Source of the DNA: Syntrophales bacterium
GTDB taxonomy: Bacteria; Desulfobacterota; Syntrophia; Syntrophales; UBA6807
Reading direction: 5' to 3'
Length of the DNA stretch: 64,000 nucleotides
Assembly (NCBI GenBank): GCA_040767195.1
Contig: JAXGPA010000001.1
Coordinates: 928,419-992,418 of the forward strand
Shown: positions 1 through 11,786 of the stretch, piece by piece
Layout of the letters: each line of letters opens with the position of its first letter
How positions within the stretch are numbered: the stretch's first letter is position 1
Position numbers and translations under genes: made by a program
The notes under the pieces: generated by a model
Databases searched by the model: none
Told to the model about the DNA's origin: nothing
Seen by the model: the letters and a program-made list of their open reading frames with translations, nothing else

Positions 1-628
1 CGGCCTTGCGGTCCATTTCGAGATCGGGAATTTCATTGGCCACGATCATGGACCACATGAGCAGGCCCGGTGCCAGGGAGATGAGGAAGGGTTCCAGGGC
101 AATGGACCTGGTCTGGACATAAAAGGCCCCGAGAACGATGACGGGACCGAAATTGATCAGATGCCCCAATTCTCCCAGGCCGCGGTAGCCGTATCGTACG
201 GGCGGGGCCGAATAGAAAATCGAGGAAAACATGCCGATGCCGGCAAAAACAAGCACACCCGCTCCGACCGCAAAGGCCAGGTAGAGGGCGATGCCCGCCG
301 TGCACACGAAAAAAGCGGCCGCCACCGCAAAAACGGCCCGATGACCCAGTTCGCCGCCGGTCAGGACACCGCTTCCCCCGCTGTACGGGTTTACGCTTTG
401 CGCCGCCACGGGATCGACGGCACGACTGTGATCGAACACGTCGTCGATCATGTTGATCCCCAGATGGTTCAGGGAAACACCCAAAAGAACAAGAAAAAAG
501 TGCCCGGCGTGAAAGACCCCCGCGTTCTGCCAGGCCATCACACCGCCCAGGAGCGCGGGAAGAACGCTCGTGGGGACGAAATGAAGGCGCATCACCCGGA
601 TCCAGGGTGAAGACCCGTGACGACGCAT
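1..628 (-). CDS. UbiA-family prenyltransferase (MenA/UbiA-like), N-terminal ~209 codons; the 3' end lies beyond the left window edge
   Basis: Not in the ORF track because there is no stop in the window. My reverse-strand translation from ATG 628-626 reads MRRHGSSPWIRVMRLHFVPTSVLPALLGGVMAWQNAGVFHAGHFFLVLLGVSLNHLGINMIDDVFDH... It has a multi-TM hydrophobic pattern and an Asp-rich N-x-x-D-D-x-x-D motif typical of the UbiA superfamily. Confidence 0.7.
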   Translation of the reverse strand, partial: MRRHGSSPWIRVMRLHFVPTSVLPALLGGVMAWQNAGVFHAGHFFLVLLGVSLNHLGINMIDDVFDHSRAVDPVAAQSVNPYSGGSGVLTGGELGHRAVFAVAAAFFVCTAGIALYLAFAVGAGVLVFAGIGMFSSIFYSAPPVRYGYRGLGELGHLINFGPVIVLGAFYVQTRSIALEPFLISLAPGLLMWSMIVANEIPDLEMDRKA

Positions 629-678
629 CCGGTCGCCCCCGTCACCGGAGGACATCCCGCGGGATGGCACGGCTTTCC

Positions 679-1200
679 TCACAGGGCCTTGAGAAGCGTC
701 GACCAGCGATTCACGTGGCCTTCCTCGTCATGGAGATTCTTTTCCACGACGGCCCGGCTCCCGTCGTCCCAGGGAATGTCCCGGAGAAGCTCCCCGTAGT
801 GTTTCACCGCCAGGGTCTCCACCCAGACGGCCGTCTTCAGCATGGCCTTCCTTCCCAGGAGCCGGGAAAAAAACCCGAAAAAGAAGCCGACGATCCAGTA
901 CATCCATCGGAACTTGTCCGGCTTCCAGCCGTACTCGTAAAGCTTTTCCTGAAAATCCTGGTAGTGGGTCATCTCGTTGGCCATGGCCGCGATGAGCTGC
1001 CGGTTCATTTCCGAGCGCTCCGCCGTAATCTGGAACTTGTAGATGTTCTGCGCCATGAGTTCCAGTGTGTGCAGCGTCCTGAGACCCTTTTTGATTTTCC
1101 GGAGATCCTCCGGCGACGCGCCCGATCCAAGGAACTGAAAATCAGCCGCTACCCGTTCCGTCCGGATGATTTCTCTGCTTCCCTCACCGCTTTGTGTCAT
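679..1200 (-). CDS. Ferritin-like di-iron carboxylate protein (COQ7 / demethoxyubiquinone-hydroxylase-like family)
   Basis: Four-helix pattern with E / ExxH / E / ExxH ligand motifs (LELMAQ, NEMTHY, VETLAV, DEEGHV). ATG at 1200 is preceded by AAGGAG. The ORF track's longer version starts at TTG 1218. Confidence 0.7.
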   Translation of the reverse strand: MTQSGEGSREIIRTERVAADFQFLGSGASPEDLRKIKKGLRTLHTLELMAQNIYKFQITAERSEMNRQLIAAMANEMTHYQDFQEKLYEYGWKPDKFRWMYWIVGFFFGFFSRLLGRKAMLKTAVWVETLAVKHYGELLRDIPWDDGSRAVVEKNLHDEEGHVNRWSTLLKAL

Positions 1201-1232
1201 CTCTCGCTCCTTTCCCAATCAGGCCGGCCGTG

Positions 1233-2567
1233 TCAGAACTGCCGCATGAGGGCATGGCAGGCGATGTGGACGGGGTCCCAGGCCCCGCCGAAAGGCGGGG
1301 AATAGGCGAGATCCATATAGGCGATTTCGTCGATCTTAAGACCCGACCACAGGGCCGCGGAGAGAAAATTGATCCGGCTCACCGTCCCCCTCGATCCGAC
1401 GGCCTGGGCGCCTAAAAACCTTCCCGTGGAGCGGTCGGCGATGAGTTTCAGATGAATCCTTTCTCCCCGGCTCATGGAACGGGCCGTGGGCGTTCCGGTC
1501 ACTTTTTCGACAACCGGCGTGAATCCGCTCTGTTTCGCCTCCCCTTCGTCGAGACCCGTTGCGGCCACTTGGAGATCGAAAACCTTGAAGGACTGGGCGC
1601 CGACGACCCCGGGAAAGAGGAGGGGCGTTCCCCCGATATTGGATCCGGCCACCCGGCCCTGCTTGTTGGCGATGTCCCCCAGGGGCAGGGACGTCCAGGA
1701 CTGGCTGACCCGGTGAAAGACTTCGGCGCAGTCGCCGACGGCGTACACCCCTTCCCGGGAGGTTTCCTGGGAAAAGTTGACCCGCAGGGCTCTCGTTTCC
1801 CCGACGGCGAGACCGATGGTCTCCGCCAGGCGGGTCTCGGGCCTCACGCCCGTGGCCACGAGGAGGAGGTCCGTGTCGATTTCCCCCCGGTCGGTGACAA
1901 CCCGAAGAGGCGACGAAACTCCTTTTTCGACGGCTTTCGGAGACGTTTCCGGGTGGCAGTGAACGCCGTGCTTCACGAGTTCTTCCTTGACCAAGGTGGC
2001 GTAGTCGGGGTCCCAGCGTCTCACGGGGAGTTTCGCCCGCTGAATGAGGGACGCTTCAACGCCGGCGGTCCGGAAGGCTTCCGCCATTTCCATGGCGATA
2101 AAACCGGCCCCGATGACGGCCGCTTTTTTCACTTTTCCGCTTCCGATGGCCTCCTTGATGGAAAGGGCATCGGGAAGCGTTTTCAAAACATGCACCCCGG
2201 GTAGGTCCAGCCCCGGAACGGGGGGCATCGTCACCGATGCGCCGGTGGCAAAAACGAGAATGTCATAGGGGATTCTTTCGCCCGTCCGAAGGCGAACTTC
2301 CCCTTTATTCTCGTCGACTTCTTCCGCCTCCGTGTTCAGGCGGACCCGAATCCCCGACTTTTCAAAGGCTTCCGGCGTCCTGGCAATCAGTTTCTTTTCG
2401 CTTGCGATTACATCACCGATGTAATAGGGCATCGGTCAGGTGGCATAGGATACATACGGCCCTTTTTCGAGAATGGTGACATCGAGAGAGGGGTCCCGCC
2501 TTTTCGCCTCCGCCGCCGTGGAGGGGCCTCCGGCCCCGCCGCCGATGATGACAAGCCTTTTTCCCAT
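1233..2567 (-). CDS. Selenocysteine-containing pyridine-nucleotide-disulfide oxidoreductase (CoA-disulfide reductase / NADH oxidase-peroxidase family); in-frame UGA at 2438-2436 read as Sec44
   Basis: The track ORF 1233..2432 lacks the FAD-binding N-terminus. Reading upstream in the same frame gives ATG 2567 (SD GAGGAGG) then MGKRLVIIGGGAGGPSTAAEAKRRDPSLDVTILEKGPYVSYAT-TGA-PMPYYIGDVI. The motif SYAT[U]PMPYYIG aligns with SFAN[C]ALPYVIG around the redox Cys43 of CoADR. The full length of 444 aa is typical for the family. Confidence 0.85.
2407..2425 (-). promoter_or_regulatory. Putative bacterial SECIS hairpin downstream of the in-frame UGA
   Basis: The mRNA sense is AUUACAUC-GGU-GAUGUAAU, an 8-bp perfect stem with a G/U-containing apical loop. 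The stem starts 10 nt after the UGA. An alternative smaller stem CCGAUG/CAUCGG lies directly after the UGA. Confidence 0.55.
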
Positions 2568-2586
2568 AATGTTCCTCCTCTAGCGA

Positions 2587-3447
2587 TCATCCCCCGGCTC
2601 GGGATGTACTTTTCTTCCCACTCCATTTCACAACCATGATCCCTGCGCCGGCAAAAATCATGACAAGGCAAAGAACCTGGCCGGCCGTGAACAAGCCGAA
2701 AAGAAAGCCCATCTGGATGTCCGGTTCCCTGAAAAACTCGATGAAAAACCGGACGGTTCCGTAACCCACCAGGTAGAGGGCCACAAAAAAACCCTGGAAG
2801 ACGTTTTTTCGACGGAAGCCCCACAGAACCGCAAAAAGGAAAAGTCCCTCGAAAAAGCCCTCGTAGAGCTGCGAGGGATGACGAAGCTGCCCCGAGGGAT
2901 CGGAAGGGAAGTACATGCCCCAAGGCACCGTGGTGATCCGTCCGTAAAGCTCCCCGTTAATGAAATTTCCGATGCGCCCGAAAGTATACCCCAGGGGGAT
3001 GGCGGGGCACAGGAGATCGCCGAAGGCCCAGAAGCCGATCCCTCGCCGGCGGCAGAAGAAAAGGGACGCCGCCAGGACGCCGAGAAGCCCCCCATGATAG
3101 GACATGCCGCTGATGCCGGTGTATCGTATCGTTCCCGAAGACCATTCGAAGGGTAAAACGATTTCCAGGGGGTGTTGAAGAAAATAGGACGGCTGATAGA
3201 AGATGGCGTAACCGATTCGGGCCCCGATGAGAAGCCCGAGAATGGCCCAGACAAAGTAGTCCTGGATCAGTTCAACGGAAAAGGGCAGGCGTTCCGACCG
3301 GACCCGGTAACGAACGAGGGCATACGTGGTGAGAAAGGCCAGGAGGTACATGAGGCCGTAATACCGCAGCTGAAACGCCCCGAACTGGACAATGACGGGA
3401 TCGATATGGGCCGGGAGATGCTGCCAGAAACGGATGAGCGATTCCAC
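2587..3447 (-). CDS. lgt: Prolipoprotein diacylglyceryl transferase
   Basis: 286 aa polytopic membrane protein with the Lgt motifs YHGGLLG and GRIGNFINGELYG. GTG start. Confidence 0.9.
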   Translation of the reverse strand: MESLIRFWQHLPAHIDPVIVQFGAFQLRYYGLMYLLAFLTTYALVRYRVRSERLPFSVELIQDYFVWAILGLLIGARIGYAIFYQPSYFLQHPLEIVLPFEWSSGTIRYTGISGMSYHGGLLGVLAASLFFCRRRGIGFWAFGDLLCPAIPLGYTFGRIGNFINGELYGRITTVPWGMYFPSDPSGQLRHPSQLYEGFFEGLFLFAVLWGFRRKNVFQGFFVALYLVGYGTVRFFIEFFREPDIQMGFLFGLFTAGQVLCLVMIFAGAGIMVVKWSGKKSTSRAGG

Positions 3448-3507
3448 GCCTCGGGCCTTTCTTTCCTGGAGGTTTCGCCGGCCGCCGGCCGGCGCTTCCG
3501 GTTATCC

Positions 3508-3708
3508 TCAGGTGGAACAGGAGGTGGCGGCGCAGGAGGTGCAGGACGATCCTCCCGAAGAAGTCTGCACACGAGGGGCTGACATCTGCTTTTCCGCCTT
3601 TTTCTTCCCGCAGCCGGGACAGACCACATCCTCATCCCGGTCCTTCAGGGATCTCAGGGTTTCGAACCGGGTTTTGCAATGCTTGCAGCGATATTCGTAA
3701 ATGGGCAC
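3508..3708 (-). CDS. FmdB-family zinc-ribbon protein
   Basis: 66 aa. MPIYEYRCKHCKTRFE...VVCPGCG is the canonical FmdB/CxxC-x-CxxC zinc ribbon. Ser/Cys-rich tail. Confidence 0.75.
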   Translation of the reverse strand: MPIYEYRCKHCKTRFETLRSLKDRDEDVVCPGCGKKKAEKQMSAPRVQTSSGGSSCTSCAATSCST

Positions 3709-3797
3709 GTCGGGACTCCTTCAATGATCATTTTCAAGGTTCAACAGGTTCGATGAACTCGTGAAAGCCTGAAAAAGTTCTTATTGCGGCGGCTTCT

Positions 3798-4766
3798 TCA
3801 ATCATAGGCCCGGCCCTTGAGGCGGTCTACATACAATTCCGACCCGTGAGCCGCCGTCGCCCCGTCGCCGCAGGCGGTGACGACCTGGCGAAAAGCCTTC
3901 CGGACACAGTCGCCGCAGGCGAAAAGGCCTTCCGCCGACGTTTTCATGGCTTCGTCCACGATAATATAGCCATTCCCGTCGCACTTGACAACCTCCCGCA
4001 CGAAATCCGTATTGGGCACAAGGCCGATGAAAATAAAGACGCCGTCCACGGGAATAACGGTCTTGCGATCGGGATCGTTGACATCCCGGAGACGAAGGGA
4101 TGACACGGCTTCCTCCCCGATGATCTCCTCCACCACGGAATTCCAGGCGAAACGGATTTTTTCGTTGGCCAGGGAACGCTCCTGGAGAATTTCCGCCGCC
4201 CGGAGACGATCCCTCCGGTGGATGAGAGTCACCTCCCGGGCAAAGCGGGTGAGAAAGAGGGCTTCCTGAACGGCGGCGTCCCCGCCGCCCACGACGGCCA
4301 CGGCCCGGTTCCGGAAAAAGGGCCCGTCGCAGGTGGCGCAGTAGGACACCCCGCGTCCGGTGAATGTTTTTTCGCCGGGGACGCCCAGGTTCCGCCACAC
4401 CGCACCGGTGGCCACGATAACCGACCAGGCCTCCCAGGTTTCCGACTCCCCGGTGACGGCCCATCGGGGCGGGCCTCCTCCCCGGGCCGGTGTGACCGAG
4501 AGGACCTGCTCGCTTTTGATCTCCACACCGAAGGACACGGCTTGTCCTTTCATCCGGTCGATAAGCTCGAAGCCGCCGATGTCCGGGATTCCCGGATAGT
4601 TTTCGATGATGTCGGTGACGGTGATCTGGCTCACCGTGGAACTGCCCTCCAGAAGAAGCGTCTTCATTCGGGACCGGCCGCAGTAAAGGCCCGCCGTCAA
4701 ACCACCGGGACCGCCGCCTATGATGATCACGTCGTATATGTCCCCCGATTCAACGCTCTTTGTCAT
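3798..4766 (-). CDS. trxB: Thioredoxin-disulfide reductase
   Basis: Motifs GGGPGG (FAD), redox CATC, GGGDAA (NADPH) and GLFACGD. ATG at 4766 is preceded by GGAGG. The track's longest version starts at 4799. Confidence 0.9.
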   Translation of the reverse strand: MTKSVESGDIYDVIIIGGGPGGLTAGLYCGRSRMKTLLLEGSSTVSQITVTDIIENYPGIPDIGGFELIDRMKGQAVSFGVEIKSEQVLSVTPARGGGPPRWAVTGESETWEAWSVIVATGAVWRNLGVPGEKTFTGRGVSYCATCDGPFFRNRAVAVVGGGDAAVQEALFLTRFAREVTLIHRRDRLRAAEILQERSLANEKIRFAWNSVVEEIIGEEAVSSLRLRDVNDPDRKTVIPVDGVFIFIGLVPNTDFVREVVKCDGNGYIIVDEAMKTSAEGLFACGDCVRKAFRQVVTACGDGATAAHGSELYVDRLKGRAYD

Positions 4767-4890
4767 TTCAACCCCTCCTTCCCGCTTATCCTCATCCATC
4801 CCGCCATCCCCTGACGAACCGGTATATTTTTAAAAGTTCATTTTCGACGGCATCGTCAAAGGCTCCAGAGGCCAGGCGCCCCAATCCCCC

Positions 4891-6333
4891 TCACCCCTTG
4901 ATGCAGCCGACGGACCTGAGCCTCGCCACCTTTCGGGAAAGTCCCGCCCGGTGCACCACGTCGACGACATCATCGATATTCTTGTACGCTTCCGGTATTT
5001 CCTCGTGGAGCGTTCCCCGGCCCGCCGCCATGACGATGACCCCCCGGTCCGCCATTTCCCGGGATACGGGCCTGCCCCGGCTCGATTTCATGGCCTGGGT
5101 GCGGCTCATCACCCTTCCGGCGCCATGGCAGGTGCTTCCGAAGGTTTCCCGATACGCCTTTTCGGTCCCCGCGAGAACGTAGGATCCTGTTCCCATGTCG
5201 CCGGGAATCAGCACCGGCTGGCCCGTCGCCTGGAACCGGTCGGGCAGGGCACCGTGGCCCGGCGGGAAGGCCCGGGTCGCCCCTTTCCGGTGGACGCACA
5301 GTTTTTTCTTTTCCCCGGCGACAATGAATTCCTCGACCTTGGCGATATTGTGACACACATCGTAGAGAAGGCGCATCCCCAGTTCCCGGGGGGACAGCCC
5401 GAGGGTCCTCCCGAAAGTCTCCCGGGTCCCGTGCATGAGCATCTGCCGGTTCGTCCAGGCGTAGTTGGCGGCGCAGGCCATGGCGGAAAAGTATTCCTGC
5501 CCCTCCCGGGAGCGGAAGGGGGCGCAGGCGAGCTGGCGGTCCGGCAGGTAAAAATCGAGCCTGGGAATATTTTTCACCATCCGGGCCAGAAAATCGTCGC
5601 AGACCTGATATCCGAATCCCCGGGAGCCGCTGTGGATCATCACCGCCACCTGGCCCGCTTCCAGGCCGAAAGCGGCCGCTGCCGGGGGATCGAAAATTTC
5701 CTCCACCACCTCGATTTCCAGAAAGTGATTGCCCGATCCGAGGGTCCCGAGCTGTTCCCGGCCTCTTTCAAGGGCCCGGGGACTCACCCGTTCCGGGTCG
5801 GCTCCCCCGATCATCCCCCCGTCTTCCGTGGAGAGGAGATCCTCCTCCGTTCCGTACCCTTGCCGGACGGCCCAGCGAGCCCCTTCCAGGAGGACCTTTT
5901 TTTCTTCCGCCAGGGAAAGCTTCATTGTCCCCTTGGAGCCCACGCCGGTGGGAATGTCCCGAAACAGGGCCGTGACGAGGTCCCGGATCCGGTCCCGGAC
6001 ATCGTCGTAGTGAAGCCGGGTTGTCAAGAGACGGCACCCGCAGTTGATATCGTAGCCCACCCCGCCCGGGGAAATGACGCCCTCCTCCAGGTCGAAGGCC
6101 GCCACGCCGCCGATGGGAAATCCGTAACCCCAGTGCATGTCCGGCATGGCCAGGGAATACGAGACGATCCCGGGCAGACAGGCCACGTTGGCCACCTGCT
6201 TGGGGCTTTCGTCGGATCCGATTCCGCCCATCATCGCCTCGCTCGAGTAGATGATCCCCGGAACCCGCATATTCCCCGATGGCGGTATCCGCCATCGGCA
6301 CGCGTCCAGCCTTTCCATGGCGATCTCAGACAT
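4891..6333 (-). CDS. rtcB: RNA-splicing ligase RtcB (3'-phosphate/5'-hydroxyl RNA ligase)
   Basis: 480 aa with RtcB hallmark segments (GYDINCG, HSGSRGFG, HNIA, CHGAGR). The start overlaps the archease stop by 8 nt. Confidence 0.93.
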   Translation of the reverse strand: MSEIAMERLDACRWRIPPSGNMRVPGIIYSSEAMMGGIGSDESPKQVANVACLPGIVSYSLAMPDMHWGYGFPIGGVAAFDLEEGVISPGGVGYDINCGCRLLTTRLHYDDVRDRIRDLVTALFRDIPTGVGSKGTMKLSLAEEKKVLLEGARWAVRQGYGTEEDLLSTEDGGMIGGADPERVSPRALERGREQLGTLGSGNHFLEIEVVEEIFDPPAAAAFGLEAGQVAVMIHSGSRGFGYQVCDDFLARMVKNIPRLDFYLPDRQLACAPFRSREGQEYFSAMACAANYAWTNRQMLMHGTRETFGRTLGLSPRELGMRLLYDVCHNIAKVEEFIVAGEKKKLCVHRKGATRAFPPGHGALPDRFQATGQPVLIPGDMGTGSYVLAGTEKAYRETFGSTCHGAGRVMSRTQAMKSSRGRPVSREMADRGVIVMAAGRGTLHEEIPEAYKNIDDVVDVVHRAGLSRKVARLRSVGCIKG

Positions 6334-6748
6334 CGCAGATCACCCGTCCCTTCCATCCCGTCCCGGTTCGGACGACATCCAGGCCGTGGTAGGTCACGGC
6401 CTTTATTTCCATCTCCATCCGGTGCCTTTGGGGATCGAAAAACTCGCCTCTCCCGGTCCCCGTGACCCGGTATTCCGCCAGGTCTTCTATTGTAAAATCC
6501 CGGAACAGCACGCCTTCGGCGGAGGCCCTGTAGAGAACCTCCCGGAGCAGGTTCACGAGAAGGTCGTCCCACGCGGTCCCGTCCACGGAAAACCGCCAGG
6601 TACGCTCCGGCCGGACGGCCTCGAGATCGGTCATGAGATCGAAGAGGGCGTGGACACCGTTTTGCAGAAGTTCCCCGGGGTCCGCCCCGAAAATCTCGAT
6701 TCCCAGGTCGGCGGTGTGCTCGAAAAGACGGTACCTGGGGAAGTCCAA
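6326..6748 (-). CDS. Archease (RtcB activator)
   Basis: 140 aa. N-terminal F/YEHTADLGIE motif and C-terminal KAVTYH motif typical of archease. The start lies 3 nt after the gyrA stop. Confidence 0.88.
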   Translation of the reverse strand: MDFPRYRLFEHTADLGIEIFGADPGELLQNGVHALFDLMTDLEAVRPERTWRFSVDGTAWDDLLVNLLREVLYRASAEGVLFRDFTIEDLAEYRVTGTGRGEFFDPQRHRMEMEIKAVTYHGLDVVRTGTGWKGRVICDV

Positions 6749-6751
6749 CGC

Positions 6752-9265
6752 TCATTCCTCCAAAAGATCGGCTTCCGGGGGCAGATCCTCTTCATTCATG
6801 ATATCTGTCGTTATCTCAAGGTCTTCTCTGTCGTCTTCGGATCCACGCTCTACCCGGACCACGCCGACAATCGTCTCGTTTTCCGTGAGGTCCATGAGCT
6901 TGATGCCCTGCGTGCCCCGGTGGAGGAGGGAAATTTCGTTTACCCGGAGACGGATGATCTGCCCGCTGTTCGTCAGGAGAATCACATCCTCGTCGCCCGT
7001 CACCTGGCGGACACCGGCGATGAGGCCCACCCGGGGAACGGTCTTCAGGTTGATGATCCCCCGGCCGCCCCTTCCCTGGCGCCGGTATTCGGAAACGTCC
7101 GTCTTCTTGCCGAATCCCTTCTCGGTGACCGTGAGGATGTCGTGCATGTCTCCCACCGTTTCCATGGCCACGACGAAGTCCTCTTTTTCCATGGTGATGC
7201 CGATGACGCCTCGCCCCGTCCGGCCTATGGGACGGACGTCCGTTTCCCGGAACCGGATGGCCTTCCCCTGCTTCGTTCCCAGCAGAATGTCCTGGGTCCC
7301 GTCGGTGAGCTTCACGGCGATGAGTTCGTCGTCCTCGTCGATGGTGATGGCAATGATGCCCGTGGATCGGGGATTGGAATAGGCGGCCAGGTCCGTTTTT
7401 TTGACGATACCCTTCCGGGTGCTGAAAAGGACGTATTTCCCGTCCTCGAAGTCGCGGACAGGCAAAATGGCAGCCACCCGCTCGTCCCGGACCAGCTCGA
7501 TGAGATTGACAACGGCTTTTCCCCTGGCCATCCGCCCCGCCTGGGGGATCTGGTGAACCTTGAGCCAGTGGACCCTTCCCTTGCTCGTGAAGAAAAGGAC
7601 GAAACTGTGCGTGGAAGCGACGAAAATCTTTTCGACGAAATCGTCTTCCCGGGTGATCATCCCCATCCTTCCCCTGCCGCCACGATGCTGGCTCCGGTAA
7701 AGACTCACGGCGTTTCTCTTGATGTACCCCTGGTGCGAGACGGTGACCACCATGTCCTCTTCCACGATGAGGTCCTCCACGGTGATGTCGTCGCTTCCCG
7801 AAACGATTTCCGTTCTTCGGTCGTCTCCGTATCGTTTCTTGATGTCTTCCAACTCGCCGACAATGATATCCAGGATCTTGCCCGGGTCGGCCAGGATACC
7901 TTCCAGTTTTTCCACCAGCTGTTTCGTCTCGCCGTGTTCCTCCAGGATCTTGTCCCGTTCAAGGTTGGTGAGCCTCTGGAGCCGCATTTCCAGAATGGCC
8001 CGGGCCTGGACGACGGTGAGACCGAAACGGTTGCACAGGGCCGTCGACGCTTCCTGCGGGTTGGGCGATTTTTTGATCGTCTCGATGACCCGGTCGATGT
8101 TTTCCAGGGCGATCCTCAACCCTTCCAGGATGTGGAGGCGCTCTCTCGCCCGGCTCAATTCGAAAACGGTTCTCCGGGTGACCACCTCTTTCCTGAAATC
8201 GACGAATCGTTCCAGGACCTCCTTCAGGTTCAGGGTCTTGGGCTGCCCCCGGTCGATGACCATCATGTTGATCCCGAAGGTGGCCTCCATCTGGGTGTGC
8301 TTGTAAAGCTGGTTCAGGATGACGCCGGCCACCTCGTCCTTTTTGAGGTCCATGACGATCCGCATGCCTTCACGGTCCGACTCGTCCCTGAGATCGGAAA
8401 TGCCGCTTATTTTTTTCTCCTTGACGAGATCGGAGATGCGCTCCACCAGGGTGGCCTTGTTGACCATGTAGGGGAGTTCCGTGATGATGATGCTTTCCCG
8501 GTCGTTCCTCGAATTGCGCTCGATGAGGGACCGGGCGCGCATGCGGATGATGCCCCGCCCCGTCCGGTAGGCCGCGAGGATTCCCTCCCGCCCGTTGATG
8601 TACCCGGCCGTGGGAAAATCGGGCCCGTGTATGTGCGTCATGAGCTGTTCCACGGTGATCGCCGGGTCCCGGATGAGAGCCATCGTGCCGTCCAGAACTT
8701 CCCGCAGGTTGTGAGGCGGGATGTTGGAGGCCACGCCGACGGCAATGCCTGCGCCGCCGTTCAGGAGAAGAAGGGGAATCCTGGCCGGAAGAATGGCCGG
8801 CTCCATGAGCGTGTTATCGTAATTCGGCGAAAAATTTACGGTTTCCTTGTCCAGGTCTTCCAGAAGTTCCTCGGCGATGCGGGCCATTCGTATTTCCGTG
8901 TACCGCATGGCCGCCGGCGGGTCGCCGTCAATGGAGCCGAAATTCCCCTGGCCGTCAACCAGGGGATAACGCATAGCGAAATCCTGGGCCATGCGGACAA
9001 TGGTGTCGTAGGCCGCCGAATCCCCGTGAGGATGGTACTTGCCGATGATGTCCCCGACAATGCGGGCTGATTTTTTGTAGGGCCTGTTCCACCGGTTTCC
9101 CAGTTCGTGCATGGCGTAGAGCACCCGGCGATGGACCGGCTTGAGCCCGTCCCGGACATCGGGGATGGCCCGGCCGACAATGACGCTCATGGCGTAGTCC
9201 ATGTAGGACTTCTTCATCTCGTCTTCAATGTCCACGGGAACGTTGCGCTGATAGGTCAATTCCAT
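6752..9265 (-). CDS. gyrA: DNA gyrase subunit A
   Basis: 837 aa. GKYHPHGD and AAMRYTE (catalytic Tyr) motifs, plus a C-terminal beta-pinwheel repeat region. Confidence 0.97.
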   Translation of the reverse strand: MELTYQRNVPVDIEDEMKKSYMDYAMSVIVGRAIPDVRDGLKPVHRRVLYAMHELGNRWNRPYKKSARIVGDIIGKYHPHGDSAAYDTIVRMAQDFAMRYPLVDGQGNFGSIDGDPPAAMRYTEIRMARIAEELLEDLDKETVNFSPNYDNTLMEPAILPARIPLLLLNGGAGIAVGVASNIPPHNLREVLDGTMALIRDPAITVEQLMTHIHGPDFPTAGYINGREGILAAYRTGRGIIRMRARSLIERNSRNDRESIIITELPYMVNKATLVERISDLVKEKKISGISDLRDESDREGMRIVMDLKKDEVAGVILNQLYKHTQMEATFGINMMVIDRGQPKTLNLKEVLERFVDFRKEVVTRRTVFELSRARERLHILEGLRIALENIDRVIETIKKSPNPQEASTALCNRFGLTVVQARAILEMRLQRLTNLERDKILEEHGETKQLVEKLEGILADPGKILDIIVGELEDIKKRYGDDRRTEIVSGSDDITVEDLIVEEDMVVTVSHQGYIKRNAVSLYRSQHRGGRGRMGMITREDDFVEKIFVASTHSFVLFFTSKGRVHWLKVHQIPQAGRMARGKAVVNLIELVRDERVAAILPVRDFEDGKYVLFSTRKGIVKKTDLAAYSNPRSTGIIAITIDEDDELIAVKLTDGTQDILLGTKQGKAIRFRETDVRPIGRTGRGVIGITMEKEDFVVAMETVGDMHDILTVTEKGFGKKTDVSEYRRQGRGGRGIINLKTVPRVGLIAGVRQVTGDEDVILLTNSGQIIRLRVNEISLLHRGTQGIKLMDLTENETIVGVVRVERGSEDDREDLEITTDIMNEEDLPPEADLLEE

Positions 9266-9359
9266 GGAAAGTCACTCCTGTTGAAATATCGGCCTCTGAT
9301 GGGGTTCGTCATGTCGCCGACGGTCCGAAAAAAATCGCTTTCAGACTGTTTCGGGTTCT

Positions 9360-11786
<2,427 letters not shown>

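Noticed and set aside
2408-2923. A 171-aa minus-strand ORF bridging the lgt 3' end and the gap upstream of the 399-aa oxidoreductase ORF
   Set aside because: It is out of frame with both real genes. The region is better explained by lgt plus the N-terminal 43 codons and UGA of the selenoprotein.
6251-9070. A 939-aa plus-strand ORF, with similar cases at 19082..21154 (690 aa), 29346..30941 (531 aa), 4951..6465 (504 aa) and 14715..16082 (455 aa)
   Set aside because: All are antisense shadows of well-supported genes (gyrA, Fe-ADH/aminotransferase, htrA, rtcB, parAB). Their composition is Arg/Gly/Pro/His-rich and no family is recognisable.
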